Assembly: GCA_016787225.1 (NCBI GenBank) | Contig: JAEUUY010000026.1 | Location: 172,414-236,413, forward strand | DNA from: Chitinophagales bacterium | GTDB taxonomy: Bacteria; Bacteroidota; Bacteroidia; Chitinophagales; JADJOU01 | Length of the DNA: 64,000 nucleotides | Direction: 5' to 3' | Shown: positions 1 through 10,476 of the stretch, piece by piece | Layout of the letters: each line of letters starts with the position of its first letter | Position numbering within the stretch: the first letter of the stretch is position 1 | The notes under the pieces: model-generated | Databases searched by the model: none | What the model was told of the DNA's origin: nothing | The model's input: only the letters and a program-made list of their open reading frames with translations | Made by a program: the position numbers and the translations under genes

Positions 1-803
1 GGCTGAGAAACTATCATACCTCTCTGACCTTTTCCTATAGGAGTGAATAAATCCATTATACGACCCGTTACTTTTTTAGGATCATTATCTATGGATAGTT
101 TTAGCGATTCGAATGGGAATAATGGAGTGAGATACTCAAAAGGAACTCGGTCCTTGACTGCTTCTACAGCCATACCATTCACTAAAACCGCTTTCTGGAG
201 GGCAAAATAACGTTCTCCTTCTTTCGGCGGTCTAATAGGACCTACAATAGTATCACCGGTTTTGAGACCGAATAGTCTGATCTGAGATGGGGATACATAG
301 ACATCATCAGGTGAAGGCAAATAATGATAGTGGGCTGAGCGCAAAAACCCAAATTGTTCGTTGGTTATTTCTAGTACACCTTCTGCATCTACTTTACCAT
401 CGAGTTCTTGGAGTATGCGATTTTTTTCTTCTACAGAGAGTTTGACCTTATCTTCTGCCTCTTCTACCATTTCATCTTGAGGAAGGCCTTCCATATTGTC
501 CATTTCTGTGATCTCTGGATCCCTTAAGTCTTTCGTTTCCGCACCGCTTGTTTCTTCAACTTCAGAAGAAGCTTTTTCTTCCTCTTTTACTAGAAGCGTT
601 GGTTCAACACTTTCTCCTTTAGCAGGCTTTGTTTTCTTTGGTTTTTTCTTCCCGCTTGACTCTTGATCTATTTTCACAACTATCTTCTCCGATACGACTT
701 CAGAATTAACATCAGCAGCTTCTTTATTAGCTTCTGTTGTCACTTTATTTATACGTTTTCTTTTGGGTTTGTTTTCTTCCTCTAAATTTGGGTTTTCTAT
801 CAT
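1..803 (-). CDS. rho: Transcription termination factor Rho, N-terminal portion; C-terminus lies beyond the window start. Long Lys/Glu-rich N-terminal extension as in Bacteroidetes Rho
   Basis: Manual reverse-strand translation: [10 protein letters not shown]...[43 protein letters not shown]...[21 protein letters not shown]. This shows the Rho N-terminal RNA-binding motif and the Walker A region. Not in the ORF track because it is truncated at the edge. Confidence 0.85.
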   Translation of the reverse strand, partial: [267 protein letters not shown]

Positions 804-1060
804 ACGAAATTATGATTTACAAATAGGTTTAAATAAAAAATTGAATAAACTTCAAGGGTGGGTGAACAATAAGAATATTGGATTTTTTCTTAGAAAATTT
901 GAACTTAGTATAAATACTCTATTCAAATCTAAAGCAAATTTATACTTTAATTTTTAATTACAATATTTTTTTATTGAGAATTACCAAAAAAAATCAAACT
1001 TTGTACCTTAAACGCAGCACTAAAAAGTTCAAACGAATTTAATTTGAAATAGATAAATCC

Positions 1061-2074
1061 ATGGATTGGAGACAGAAAATTCAAGCACTTAGAGAAGAAG
1101 TATCTCAATATAAGATTGAGAAAAAGGAAGATGTAGAGAAGTTTAGGATTGCTTTTTTAGGTACAAAAGGCAAATTAAAAGATGCCATGTCTCTCATAGC
1201 AGAAGTCCCAGCAGAATTGAGAAAAGATTTCGGGCTTCTGGTCAATGAAGTTAAAAATCACGCTGATACCAAATGGAATGAATCAAAAGATGCATTCGAG
1301 AATAGTGATGAATCCAGTAAAGTAGATTTCGACTTAACCGCACCTGCTTTCCATGGTCAACTAGGTGGGCTGCACCCGATAACCAAAACCAAGCGTAAGA
1401 TGATCAGCATATTTGAACGCATAGGTTTTACCATATTCGAAGGTCCCGAAATCGTCGATGACTGGCATAACTTTACAGCACTCAATATGCCTCAGGATCA
1501 CCCTGCTAGAGATATGCAGGATACGTTTTTCTTGACTGAAAATTTAGAGTATCTCCTTCGTACCCATACATCGAGTTCTCAAATATTGGCGTTAGAGACC
1601 CAGAAATTACCATTACGAATCATCACCCCAGGGCGTGTATACAGAAATGAAACGATTTCTGCACGAGCTCATTGTACATTTCATCAAGTAGAAGGACTCT
1701 ATATCGATGAAGGTGTTTCCTTTGCTGATCTGAAACAGTGTATTTATTATTTTGCTAAAGAGATGTTCGGTTCAGAGAATATCCGACTACGACCTTCCTA
1801 TTTTCCTTTTACAGAACCTAGTGCAGAGGTGGATATCTCTTGCTTTATATGTGATCAGAAGGGATGCCCCGTATGCAAGAAGACCGGCTGGGTAGAAATT
1901 GGTGGCTGTGGCATGGTAGATCCTGCTGTACTTAAAAATTGCAATATTGATACCGAGAAATATAATGGCTTCGCCTTCGGTATGGGAATAGAGCGTATAG
2001 CTATGCTCTACTATCAAATCAATGATTTAAGACTTTTCTGGCAAAATGATATGCGGTTTTTGAGGCAGTTTTAA
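1061..2074 (+). CDS. pheS: Phenylalanine--tRNA ligase alpha subunit
   Basis: FTEPSAEVD and GWVEIGGCGMVDP class II aaRS motifs; length 337 aa. Confidence 0.93.
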   Translation: MDWRQKIQALREEVSQYKIEKKEDVEKFRIAFLGTKGKLKDAMSLIAEVPAELRKDFGLLVNEVKNHADTKWNESKDAFENSDESSKVDFDLTAPAFHGQLGGLHPITKTKRKMISIFERIGFTIFEGPEIVDDWHNFTALNMPQDHPARDMQDTFFLTENLEYLLRTHTSSSQILALETQKLPLRIITPGRVYRNETISARAHCTFHQVEGLYIDEGVSFADLKQCIYYFAKEMFGSENIRLRPSYFPFTEPSAEVDISCFICDQKGCPVCKKTGWVEIGGCGMVDPAVLKNCNIDTEKYNGFAFGMGIERIAMLYYQINDLRLFWQNDMRFLRQF

Positions 2075-2086
2075 TCAATTTAAAGA

Positions 2087-3154
2087 TCACGTTTTTTCCA
2101 CCATATCTCTATCTCTGCTAAAAATCAAAACAAGAACTCCAATAAAGAGATAGATATAGTAACTCATAAAACGCCATACAAAGGCAGCTGTGCCGCTGAG
2201 TCCGGGCAGTATACTATCACAATAAAATGCCATATACAGTGCTTCTGCTATGCCGCTACTGCCTGGTGTAGAAGGTAAATAAAACATCAACCATAATGCG
2301 TATTGCTTCACATAAACATAAAGCCAATCTATCTGACCACTACTAAATCCATAAACAATAGCGACGCCTACTAAATAACGACCTACCCATGACATGAGTG
2401 TATAGACACAAAGCTGTAACCAAAATCTGAATTTTTTACTACGTATATGGATACTGGTATGATGAATCTCATCTGCAAAATCATCCATCCTCGTCCGCCA
2501 TTTTTTCAACAGTGGGAGTCGCGCTATGGTTTTGATGAATTGCCTGATCCAACTAGGGTAGATAAATATCCCTACAAAAACAATCCCTACAAAAACTAGA
2601 ATAAATATTAACATCAATATGACTGTGTATTCGAGATACTTAATACTTTCTATCCAAGGAATTTTCGCTTTTAAAGCTAGCCAGTCAGGACATTGTGTCC
2701 CCAGATGAAACATCTGCTTGCCAAACAAAAAATAAAATACAGGGAATAGAAGAATGAAAATAAACTCGTCTAGCAGGATAGCAATAAGCACTATCGATGA
2801 CGCCTTCGCCGCAGAGATTTTATTTTTAATGAGTAAATAGATAGCGACGGCTTTCCCTCCTATCATACCCGGAGTAATAGCAGAACCAAATTCCCAAAGT
2901 AAAATAATCTTGACACTTTTCCAGAAACCGATTTTATAATCGCAAAGCAGTCTTAGCCGCAAGACATAACCTAGATCCCTTAATATGAGCATAACTGCTG
3001 CTAGGGCTATTCCCTGTCCCATGAGACCGGTCCACTTCAAGGAAAGGAGTTGGCCAAAATCTAGGGTATTCTTGGTAAAAAAATAGCCTATAAAAAAGAT
3101 GATCAGGAAATAGAATACAATTTTTTGCGCACTAAATGGCTTGCTCTGTTTCAT
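2087..3154 (-). CDS. Polytopic membrane protein, flippase-like / lysylphosphatidylglycerol-synthase TM-domain family (UPF0104-like)
   Basis: Multiple hydrophobic helices with a Gly-rich loop pattern typical of the LPG_synthase_TM family. Assignment is by resemblance only. Confidence 0.5.
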   Translation of the reverse strand: MKQSKPFSAQKIVFYFLIIFFIGYFFTKNTLDFGQLLSLKWTGLMGQGIALAAVMLILRDLGYVLRLRLLCDYKIGFWKSVKIILLWEFGSAITPGMIGGKAVAIYLLIKNKISAAKASSIVLIAILLDEFIFILLFPVFYFLFGKQMFHLGTQCPDWLALKAKIPWIESIKYLEYTVILMLIFILVFVGIVFVGIFIYPSWIRQFIKTIARLPLLKKWRTRMDDFADEIHHTSIHIRSKKFRFWLQLCVYTLMSWVGRYLVGVAIVYGFSSGQIDWLYVYVKQYALWLMFYLPSTPGSSGIAEALYMAFYCDSILPGLSGTAAFVWRFMSYYIYLFIGVLVLIFSRDRDMVEKT

Positions 3155-3911
3155 CTGTATTTTTTAATGAAATCCAGAAATTATTGATTCTTTCACCGAT
3201 GATAATCGCTATACGAGATTCTTGAACCAATTCTAAAATGGCTAGAAAGTGATAAATAGCATGTAGTCGAGTTTCGATATCAGAAAATAGTTCCTCAAAT
3301 TCGATTTTCTCTTTTCGTTCCAACTTGGCAATAATCGTATCCTTTTCTTCTACTATGGAGTATTTAATGTAGGCTATTTCGTGCTTAGTATCATCTTCTC
3401 GCAATTGTTTTTGAATTAATAATTTTTCAAAAACTTTGAAAAGCTTAGAGACGTTGACACTCTCCATTTCAAGCTCCGTTCGATACAAATCCGCAATTTC
3501 CTTAATCTCCGTGATAGCTGCGGGGCGCTTGATTTTCTGATGTTGAGCCTCTTCTAGATTATGCAAATAGTCACTTATCTCTTTATACTGTTTATACTCT
3601 AGAATTTTTTGAATTAATTCTTTTCGGGGATCTATTTCATTTCCTTCTTCGTCGAGTTGTTTTCTGGGGAGAAGCATCTGTGCTTTGATCTTCATAAGCG
3701 TAGCTGCTACGAGAATAAATTCGCTCGCTACTTCGATATTGAACTCGCGCATCTTATGAATATAACCCAAAAAATCGGCAGTGATATTATGTATAGGAAT
3801 ATCATAAATATCTAATTCATCTCGTTCGATGAAAAATAGCAACAAATCAAAGGGTCCTTTGAACTGTGGGAGGGCTATTTCAAAAACTTCATTTTCTCCT
3901 GGCTGACTCAT
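3132..3911 (-). CDS. scpA: Segregation and condensation protein A (kleisin)
   Basis: N-terminus FKGPFDLLLFFIERDELDIYDIPI is the ScpA signature; 259 aa; translationally coupled to pth. Confidence 0.85.
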   Translation of the reverse strand: MSQPGENEVFEIALPQFKGPFDLLLFFIERDELDIYDIPIHNITADFLGYIHKMREFNIEVASEFILVAATLMKIKAQMLLPRKQLDEEGNEIDPRKELIQKILEYKQYKEISDYLHNLEEAQHQKIKRPAAITEIKEIADLYRTELEMESVNVSKLFKVFEKLLIQKQLREDDTKHEIAYIKYSIVEEKDTIIAKLERKEKIEFEELFSDIETRLHAIYHFLAILELVQESRIAIIIGERINNFWISLKNTDETEQAI

Positions 3912-4477
3912 GCGCGCTTTTGATTAAATTTATTCATAGCTATAGGGAATCCTGCTAGAATAGATTCTTCGATAGCTAAGATAGCATTATCGAGATAATT
4001 TGGTAGATTTTTCACCTCTTCTTCTGTCCATTTACCTAAAACATAGTCTACTTGACCTCCTTTATGAAATTCATTTCCTATACCAAATCTCAATCTTGGG
4101 TATTGTCCTGTTTGCAACTCTAGTTCGATATTGCCTAGTCCATTATGCCCACCGCTGCTGCCACTTGTTTTGATTCGAATTTGTCCAAATGGTAAGGCGA
4201 GTTCATCTAGGATAGCCATGGATTGCTCCCTAGGAATTTCGAGTTTATCTAACCAATATTTATAAGCCTTCCCACTGAGATTCATATAGGTGGTAGGCTT
4301 GATGATAGTGACTATTTTATTTTTCAAACGAAATTCAGCCATATCTGCATAACGTTCAGCTTTGAAACTAAAATTATGCTTACTCGCCATTCTGTCTGCG
4401 ACTAAGAAGCCAACATTATGACGGGTGTAGGTGTATTCCGCGCCAATATTACCAAGTGCTACGACTAAAAATTTCAA
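3908..4477 (-). CDS. pth: Peptidyl-tRNA hydrolase
   Basis: [24 protein letters not shown]; 189 aa. Confidence 0.92.
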   Translation of the reverse strand: [189 protein letters not shown]

Positions 4478-4491
4478 GGTTAAATAAAAAT

Positions 4492-5442
4492 TTACAATAC
4501 CGCCTTGGCGATATTGATGACACCATCCGATTTACTCATAGTATAGTAATGAAGCGAGGGTACACCAGCAGCTTTTAATTCTTTACTCTGCATGATACAC
4601 CATTCTTCTCCTACTTTTTTGACATCTGCTTTGGTTTTACATTTTTCTACTTCTTTGGTCAATTCGTCGGGAATCTCCAAGAAAAATCTCGATGGAATAG
4701 ACTTCAATTGATACTTAGCGTCAATTGGCTTCAATCCTGGTATGATAGGCACATGGATACCTTCTTTTCTGCATCGGGCTACAAAATCAAAATACTTTTT
4801 ATTATCAAAAAACATCTGTGTGATAATATAGTCTGCACCGAGATCTACTTTATTTTTTAACCACTTGAGATCCGTGTTCATATTCGGAGCTTCGAAGTGT
4901 TTTTCAGGATAACCAGCTACTCCTATGCAAAAATCTGTTTCCATCTCATTGAGTGTTTCCTCGTGTAGAAATTTGCCTCTATTCATATTGGATACTTGTT
5001 CCACTAATTCACTGGCAAATTTATGCTGATTGGTTTTACCGATTTGCAGGCTATTCTTTTCATCGCCTTTCAAAACCATGACATTTTCTATACCTTGATA
5101 GCAAAGGGAGAAGAGCGCATCTTCTGTCTCTTCTTTACTGAACCCTACACAAACAAGATGTGGCACAGTCTCTACATTATACTTGTACGAAATCGCCGCA
5201 CAAATTCCTACCGTACCTGGTCTCGGTCTAAGTGGCGCCTCTTCTATCAAGCCATCAGGTCTGCGCTTATAAATCATTTCTTCAGGGTGATAGGTAACGT
5301 CTACAAAGGCTGGATTAAACTCCATCAAAGGATTCAACACATCGAAAAGATCATTGATTTTTTTGCCTTTCTGAGGTGGTAAAATTTCGATTGAAAAAAG
5401 GGTTTTTCCCTTGGCTGCCGCTAATTTATCTGTAACTTTCAT
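4492..5442 (-). CDS. metF: 5,10-methylenetetrahydrofolate reductase
   Basis: VAGYPEKHFEA, ITQMFFDNKKYFDF, IIPGLKP and a HYYTMSK C-terminal pattern match the MetF family. Confidence 0.8.
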   Translation of the reverse strand: MKVTDKLAAAKGKTLFSIEILPPQKGKKINDLFDVLNPLMEFNPAFVDVTYHPEEMIYKRRPDGLIEEAPLRPRPGTVGICAAISYKYNVETVPHLVCVGFSKEETEDALFSLCYQGIENVMVLKGDEKNSLQIGKTNQHKFASELVEQVSNMNRGKFLHEETLNEMETDFCIGVAGYPEKHFEAPNMNTDLKWLKNKVDLGADYIITQMFFDNKKYFDFVARCRKEGIHVPIIPGLKPIDAKYQLKSIPSRFFLEIPDELTKEVEKCKTKADVKKVGEEWCIMQSKELKAAGVPSLHYYTMSKSDGVINIAKAVL

Positions 5443-5516
5443 ACTTATTGTCTGATAGACAAATGTACATGAAAATAATTAGTTTATCGGAACGAATACG
5501 TCAAAAAATCTCAAAA

Positions 5517-7355
5517 TTAAGTAGCATTCAACTTATCAAGAACAAAATACATATCCAATTTTAGTCCGTTTTTCACCTCGATGACACCTCTTTTCTCGCA
5601 TTTGAAATAAGGTTCAATATAGTTAAAGGTTGATTGGCTTATATTTATTTTACCAGGAGAACTGCTCGACTCCATTCTTGCGGCAACATTCACAGTATCA
5701 CCCCATATATCATAAGCGTATTTATGAGTACCCACAACTCCTGAGACGATACTGCCTGAATGAATACCTATACGAAACTCAAATGCATACCCAAATTTTT
5801 GCTTGACTACTGCATGCGACTCCGTAACGAACTGAATGATATCATGAGCTGCCGAAACCAGAGACCATGCATGATTTGGAGAATTATTCAACCCGCTAAC
5901 ACATAGATAGGCATCGCCAATGGTTTTTATCTTTTCAATATCATTATAGTTTGAAACAATAGAATCAAATTTAGCAAAATAGAAGTCGAGAATATTGATA
6001 AGTATTTCAGGCTCTAGGCTAGTCGCCAAATTTGTAAATTCCTTGACATCGCAGAACATAACTGTCACAGCTTCGTGTCGCTGAGGAATAGCTTTGCCAT
6101 ACATTTTAAGTTGTTTTACAGTCTTAGCTGGTAGAATATTATGAATCAATGCTTCAGACTTTTGTCTTTCCCTTCTAATAAATATGGATAAAAATCCAAT
6201 AACTAGAAACAAGCCACCAAGCACCCCAGCAGCTATTATGGCCTTCTTGTTGTTTTCTTTTTGACGAACAATTGTATCATTGAGTTGTTTCCGCTCTATT
6301 TCATTCCTATATTTAGAATAGGTCAAAGCTATCTGAGAAGTAATATCCAAGCCTGTAGCTGCATCTTTCAATTCTTGAACCTCCAGTAAGTACTGATGTG
6401 CTTCTTTGATCTTGCCCATTTTGTAATAGATGTCATGTAATAACTGAGCAATAGCTATCTTGTTTCCAGCAATATCATTTGATCCTTTTGAGTTAGAATA
6501 TTGATAGGCCTTTAAACCGTAGTCAAGTGCCTGCGTCAATTTGTTCTCTAAATAGTTGATTTTTGAATACAACGTATAAGCAACGGCAATAGCTGCTGGT
6601 TCATTCCTTGTTTTGTAGTAATTCAAGGATTTAGCTAATAAATTCTCTGCTTTTTTATATTCTTGCTTATTCACAAGCACCTTAGCTATTCCCTGTTCTA
6701 TTTCATGCTCTCTATCCGAGTTAGTATTTTTTTTAACTAAATCTAAAGCAAAGAGAAAATAACGCATTGCTGAATCATATTGTTTTAATTCATAATAACT
6801 CAAACCGCTTAAATATAATGGCACACTACGAAATGATTCCTCGCCTTTCCACCTATTTTTAATTGCTATCTGAAAATATTGAATGGCATCATCATACTTA
6901 TGATTGGCGTAGAAAATAATTCCGAGATAGTTATAAGACTTGGAGATATATTCTTTATTCCCAATTATTTCTGCATATTTCAATGATTCAAAAAAGAATT
7001 TAACAGCCCGGACATCATCCTTTTTCCATACATGTTCTATCTTCCCCAGGCGATAATAAGACATTAATAAACCGTTATAGTCTTTTTTTGATTTAGAATA
7101 TTCTATTAAGTCTAATAAAATTTTCTCTCCTAGGGCGATAGAATCAAATGATTCAGCATAATAAGTATCGTATAAGTCAAGACTATGAATGATAAAATTA
7201 TCTTTTTCTTTTACCGCTGTCTTATTTCTATCTATTTCTATATTTCCATAGCTAGATTGAAATGACAATAATATAACTATTGGAAGATAAATCATAAGAT
7301 TTCGATGCATGAATCTGAGTCTAAAGTATAGAGATAGGTAAATTTCCGTTACCAA
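5517..7355 (-). CDS. TPR-repeat sensor protein with one TM helix and a C-terminal class III adenylate/guanylate cyclase domain. True start is probably the MHRNLMIYLPIV signal peptide near 7310.
   Basis: Multiple TPR-like repeats (YYxxG/LGxIxxxxG), TM segment AIIAAGVLGGLFLVIGFL, then cyclase motifs VTVMFCDVKEFT and KTIGDAYLCVSGL. Confidence 0.8.
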   Translation of the reverse strand: MVTEIYLSLYFRLRFMHRNLMIYLPIVILLSFQSSYGNIEIDRNKTAVKEKDNFIIHSLDLYDTYYAESFDSIALGEKILLDLIEYSKSKKDYNGLLMSYYRLGKIEHVWKKDDVRAVKFFFESLKYAEIIGNKEYISKSYNYLGIIFYANHKYDDAIQYFQIAIKNRWKGEESFRSVPLYLSGLSYYELKQYDSAMRYFLFALDLVKKNTNSDREHEIEQGIAKVLVNKQEYKKAENLLAKSLNYYKTRNEPAAIAVAYTLYSKINYLENKLTQALDYGLKAYQYSNSKGSNDIAGNKIAIAQLLHDIYYKMGKIKEAHQYLLEVQELKDAATGLDITSQIALTYSKYRNEIERKQLNDTIVRQKENNKKAIIAAGVLGGLFLVIGFLSIFIRRERQKSEALIHNILPAKTVKQLKMYGKAIPQRHEAVTVMFCDVKEFTNLATSLEPEILINILDFYFAKFDSIVSNYNDIEKIKTIGDAYLCVSGLNNSPNHAWSLVSAAHDIIQFVTESHAVVKQKFGYAFEFRIGIHSGSIVSGVVGTHKYAYDIWGDTVNVAARMESSSSPGKINISQSTFNYIEPYFKCEKRGVIEVKNGLKLDMYFVLDKLNAT

Positions 7356-7423
7356 ATATAATAATTATAATTAATATTAATTTTTTTATATAATTTTGAC
7401 ATTCACCAAAAAATAATTATCGC

Positions 7424-7798
7424 ATGAAATCTAGCCCAAAGTTATTTCTTTCCCTATTTCCAGGGTTTATTGCAGGAATGATGTTTCAGTATCAATTCAA
7501 CCAAAATCCATCTGAAATCAAGACATCTGAAAAAATGCCTAGGATAGATAAAGATCTGGTAGATCAATCTTGTCAAAGATATATTGATGCTGGCAAAATT
7601 GAATCAAACCAAAAGGTATATGGTGCCACATTTAGTAGGGATGAGGTTATTCAGCTAATTAATGGGGCTACTAAAGATATATATGTTAGAATTGGATTTG
7701 ACAATAAAAAGCAGACACTTTTTATTGGAAATGATGCTGATAGTTACATTACTCCATCTGAGGGTTATTGCCCCACTCACTGTCCGTTTAACAATTAA
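7424..7798 (+). CDS. Hypothetical small secreted/lipoprotein
   Basis: ORF with hydrophobic N-terminus; no recognisable domain. Confidence 0.4.
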   Translation: MKSSPKLFLSLFPGFIAGMMFQYQFNQNPSEIKTSEKMPRIDKDLVDQSCQRYIDAGKIESNQKVYGATFSRDEVIQLINGATKDIYVRIGFDNKKQTLFIGNDADSYITPSEGYCPTHCPFNN

Positions 7799-7828
7799 AA
7801 ATACCTTGAGTAAATGGGCGGTGCATAA

Positions 7829-8398
7829 TTAAATATAATAACCTCCCTTTTCAATTTCAGATCTTATAATTTCTGGAACTAGGTATCTTATGGATTGTTT
7901 CTGTTTCAATCTGTTTCGAATCAAAGTAGAGGAAACTTCCATTAATGGCACATCTAGAAAATGTATATTTTTATGACTAGGGATTTGACTAGTATCACTC
8001 TTAGGGCGCTTATAAATGTAGATACGATAGTTTTCTAGAATCATTTGATAGTTTTTCCACTTCTCTAAATGAATGAGATTATCGCCACCCATCACAAGGC
8101 AAAACTTTTTATCAGGATATTTTTCTTTCAAATATATCAAGGTGTCTATCGTATAGTTTGGTCTCGGTAGGTTAAATTCTATATTGGAAACAAAAAACTT
8201 AGGATTATCCTCTGTCGCTAATTGGGTGAGGTAATACCTAGCACTCTCAGTTAATAGACTTTCTTTGACCTTGAATGGATTTTGTGGACTGATGACAAAC
8301 CATACTTTTTCTATCTCTTGTTCTAAAGCTATAGCATCGGCTATAACAAGGTGTCCAATATGAATAGGATTGAATGAACCGAAGAAAAGAGCTATCAT
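7829..8398 (-). CDS. nadD: Nicotinate-nucleotide adenylyltransferase
   Basis: MIALFFGSFNPIHIGHLVIA (HxGH nucleotidyltransferase motif); 189 aa. Confidence 0.9.
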   Translation of the reverse strand: MIALFFGSFNPIHIGHLVIADAIALEQEIEKVWFVISPQNPFKVKESLLTESARYYLTQLATEDNPKFFVSNIEFNLPRPNYTIDTLIYLKEKYPDKKFCLVMGGDNLIHLEKWKNYQMILENYRIYIYKRPKSDTSQIPSHKNIHFLDVPLMEVSSTLIRNRLKQKQSIRYLVPEIIRSEIEKGGYYI

Positions 8399-8441
8399 AA
8401 TGGCGAATACTGAATAAATAAATTCTTAAAGAATCAAACCT

Positions 8442-8849
8442 CTACTTTGCCATTTCATCTGTAAAAGTAAATAAGGCATTCATAGAATAATTGTAAAACA
8501 TAACTATAAAAACTGCAACCAATTTACTCAAATAGAAATTAAGACGAATCTTGACATTTAACAAGTAAATAATAATACTATTTAAAATTAAGGCAAAACT
8601 AGCAATGGTAATAAATTTCATAAATTGAATTTCAACATCTAGCGCATGGGATTGAAACGTCCACATTCTATTTAATGTAAAATTGATAACAGCACTCATG
8701 AGAAAACCGATAGTGTTGGCAGAAAATTTATTCCACCTTAGTTTTTCCTTAAACAGGTAAGTAAGTCCAAAATCAATAAAAAAGCAAAAAAAGCCAACAA
8801 GGCCAAATTTTAATAAGCGATAAATAAATTCTAACTCGAAGCCGAACAT
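8442..8849 (-). CDS. GtrA-family polysaccharide-synthesis membrane protein
   Basis: Four predicted TM helices, ~135 aa, LLKFGLVGFFCFFIDFGLTYLF N-terminal pattern of the GtrA family. Confidence 0.6.
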   Translation of the reverse strand: MFGFELEFIYRLLKFGLVGFFCFFIDFGLTYLFKEKLRWNKFSANTIGFLMSAVINFTLNRMWTFQSHALDVEIQFMKFITIASFALILNSIIIYLLNVKIRLNFYLSKLVAVFIVMFYNYSMNALFTFTDEMAK

Positions 8850-9938
8850 CTAGTCTATTATGAATTTCCCGTTCTTGTAACACAACTCATCATCTGCATA
8901 GATTTCTCCCGATTTCATATCTGTAATCATATCCCAATGAACCGAACTTTCATTTATACCGTTGCACTGCTTATAGGCATCCCCTATCGCCAAATGAACC
9001 GTACCTCCAATTTTTTCGTCAAATAAAATATTTCGAGTTATCTGCTGTATCTTATAATTAGTACCTATAGCAGCTTCTCCAAATCTTCTGGCGCCTGGTA
9101 TCTCAAAAATCTTGTTTAAAAACTCAGCATTATCCTTTGACTGCCATTTTTCTATATAGCCATCTTTAATGTTTAATTCTATTTCATTGACCGTTTCACC
9201 CATATAGAGTGACGGGAGTGTATACTTGACCCACCCATTCATGCTATTATCTACAGGAGCTGTGTAGACCTCACCAGATGGCATATTGGTTTTCCCATCA
9301 GAATTAATCCATATTCTGCCATTTGTAGTAAAAGTCAAATCACAGTTGGGACCAAGATATCTTATTTTAGATTTACTATTGAGATAGTCCACGACCCTCT
9401 GTTGATTTTTTCCGAAATTTCTCCAGGTTTCAATTGGATTTTCATCAAACAAATTGCAAGCATCAAACACGAATCGCTCATAGTCTTCTAGAGACATGCT
9501 AGCTTCAGCTGCTGAAAATGGAGTTGGAAATTGACACAGAGATCGACGCATACTGCGATCCCCCGTTCGATTCATATAAATTTGTCTAACTTCTTTATAT
9601 GCCTCATTGTGTGCATTTCGCTTATCCATAGGCACTTCTATGCTATCTTTTTTATCATAGGGCGCTCTTATATATAAAAAACAATCGAAGTGTTCATTCC
9701 AATATTTACGCATAGGATTTACCCAGGTTAGCTGTTCTAAATTAGCTTCCTTTAACCAAGCATTGTCAAAATCCTGAATCTCGATATCTACAAAAGGGAT
9801 ACCGCCAGCTTTAGAAATTTCTTTTGATAACTCTACTAAAAGTTTTTCAGAAAGATAGGTCGATTTAATCATTACCTTATCCCCTGGTACTACTTCTAAA
9901 CAATAATTGGTTAATAACTGAGCGTATTTCGTATACAT
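8850..9938 (-). CDS. Aminopeptidase, M29 (AmpS/PepS) family
   Basis: N-terminus MYTKYAQLLTNYCLEVVPGDKVMIKS and 362 aa length are typical of M29 thermophilic-type aminopeptidases. Confidence 0.7.
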   Translation of the reverse strand: MYTKYAQLLTNYCLEVVPGDKVMIKSTYLSEKLLVELSKEISKAGGIPFVDIEIQDFDNAWLKEANLEQLTWVNPMRKYWNEHFDCFLYIRAPYDKKDSIEVPMDKRNAHNEAYKEVRQIYMNRTGDRSMRRSLCQFPTPFSAAEASMSLEDYERFVFDACNLFDENPIETWRNFGKNQQRVVDYLNSKSKIRYLGPNCDLTFTTNGRIWINSDGKTNMPSGEVYTAPVDNSMNGWVKYTLPSLYMGETVNEIELNIKDGYIEKWQSKDNAEFLNKIFEIPGARRFGEAAIGTNYKIQQITRNILFDEKIGGTVHLAIGDAYKQCNGINESSVHWDMITDMKSGEIYADDELCYKNGKFIID

Positions 9939-10078
9939 GACCTAAAAAAACTCAAATGTAAGTAAAATGCTGAAAATTAGATTCATTTTAGCAATTTTAA
10001 TTATCATTTAATCTATCAAAAAAACCTTGATTTACATTATCATTTAGGTATATTTTGCTATATTTGTCTGATAATTAA

Positions 10079-10402
10079 ATGTTAAAAGAGATGTATATTC
10101 AAGGAAAGATTATTCAGGTCTTCGATATTCAATCAGGGGAAAGTCAAAGAGGAAGCTGGAAAAAAAGAGAATTTATTTTAGAGACCTACGCTAAAATTCC
10201 AAAAAAAGTTTGCCTAGTGCTGAAGGGGGAATCTGTAGATAATATTCAAATCAAAACTGGTGATAGCCTCCGGGTAAGCATAGATATAGAGAGTAGAGAA
10301 TATAAAGAAAAGTGGTACACCGAAGTGAGAGCATGGAAGGTAGAACCCGCTGTATTCAATCAAGATGATGCTACAAGTGCTTCTGATGACCACCCGTTTT
10401 AG
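10079..10402 (+). CDS. DUF3127 family protein
   Basis: MLKEMYIQGKIIQVFDIQSGESQRGSWKKREFILET matches the conserved DUF3127 N-terminal pattern seen in Bacteroidetes. Confidence 0.6.
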   Translation: MLKEMYIQGKIIQVFDIQSGESQRGSWKKREFILETYAKIPKKVCLVLKGESVDNIQIKTGDSLRVSIDIESREYKEKWYTEVRAWKVEPAVFNQDDATSASDDHPF

Positions 10403-10476
10403 GCTGCTTTTCTAGCTTATAATATTTTTTCTACTTCTTCGTTTTTTATATTAGAATAAATTTTCAATACTTTACT

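Noticed and set aside
763-957. 64-aa plus-strand ORF
   Set aside because: Overlaps the Rho start codon and promoter region on the opposite strand; low-complexity AT-rich translation; judged spurious.
10059-10066. Bacteroidetes-type -7 promoter element TATATTTG 12 nt upstream of the DUF3127 gene
   Set aside because: No properly spaced -33 TTG found by eye, so not reported as a feature; plausible but unsupported.
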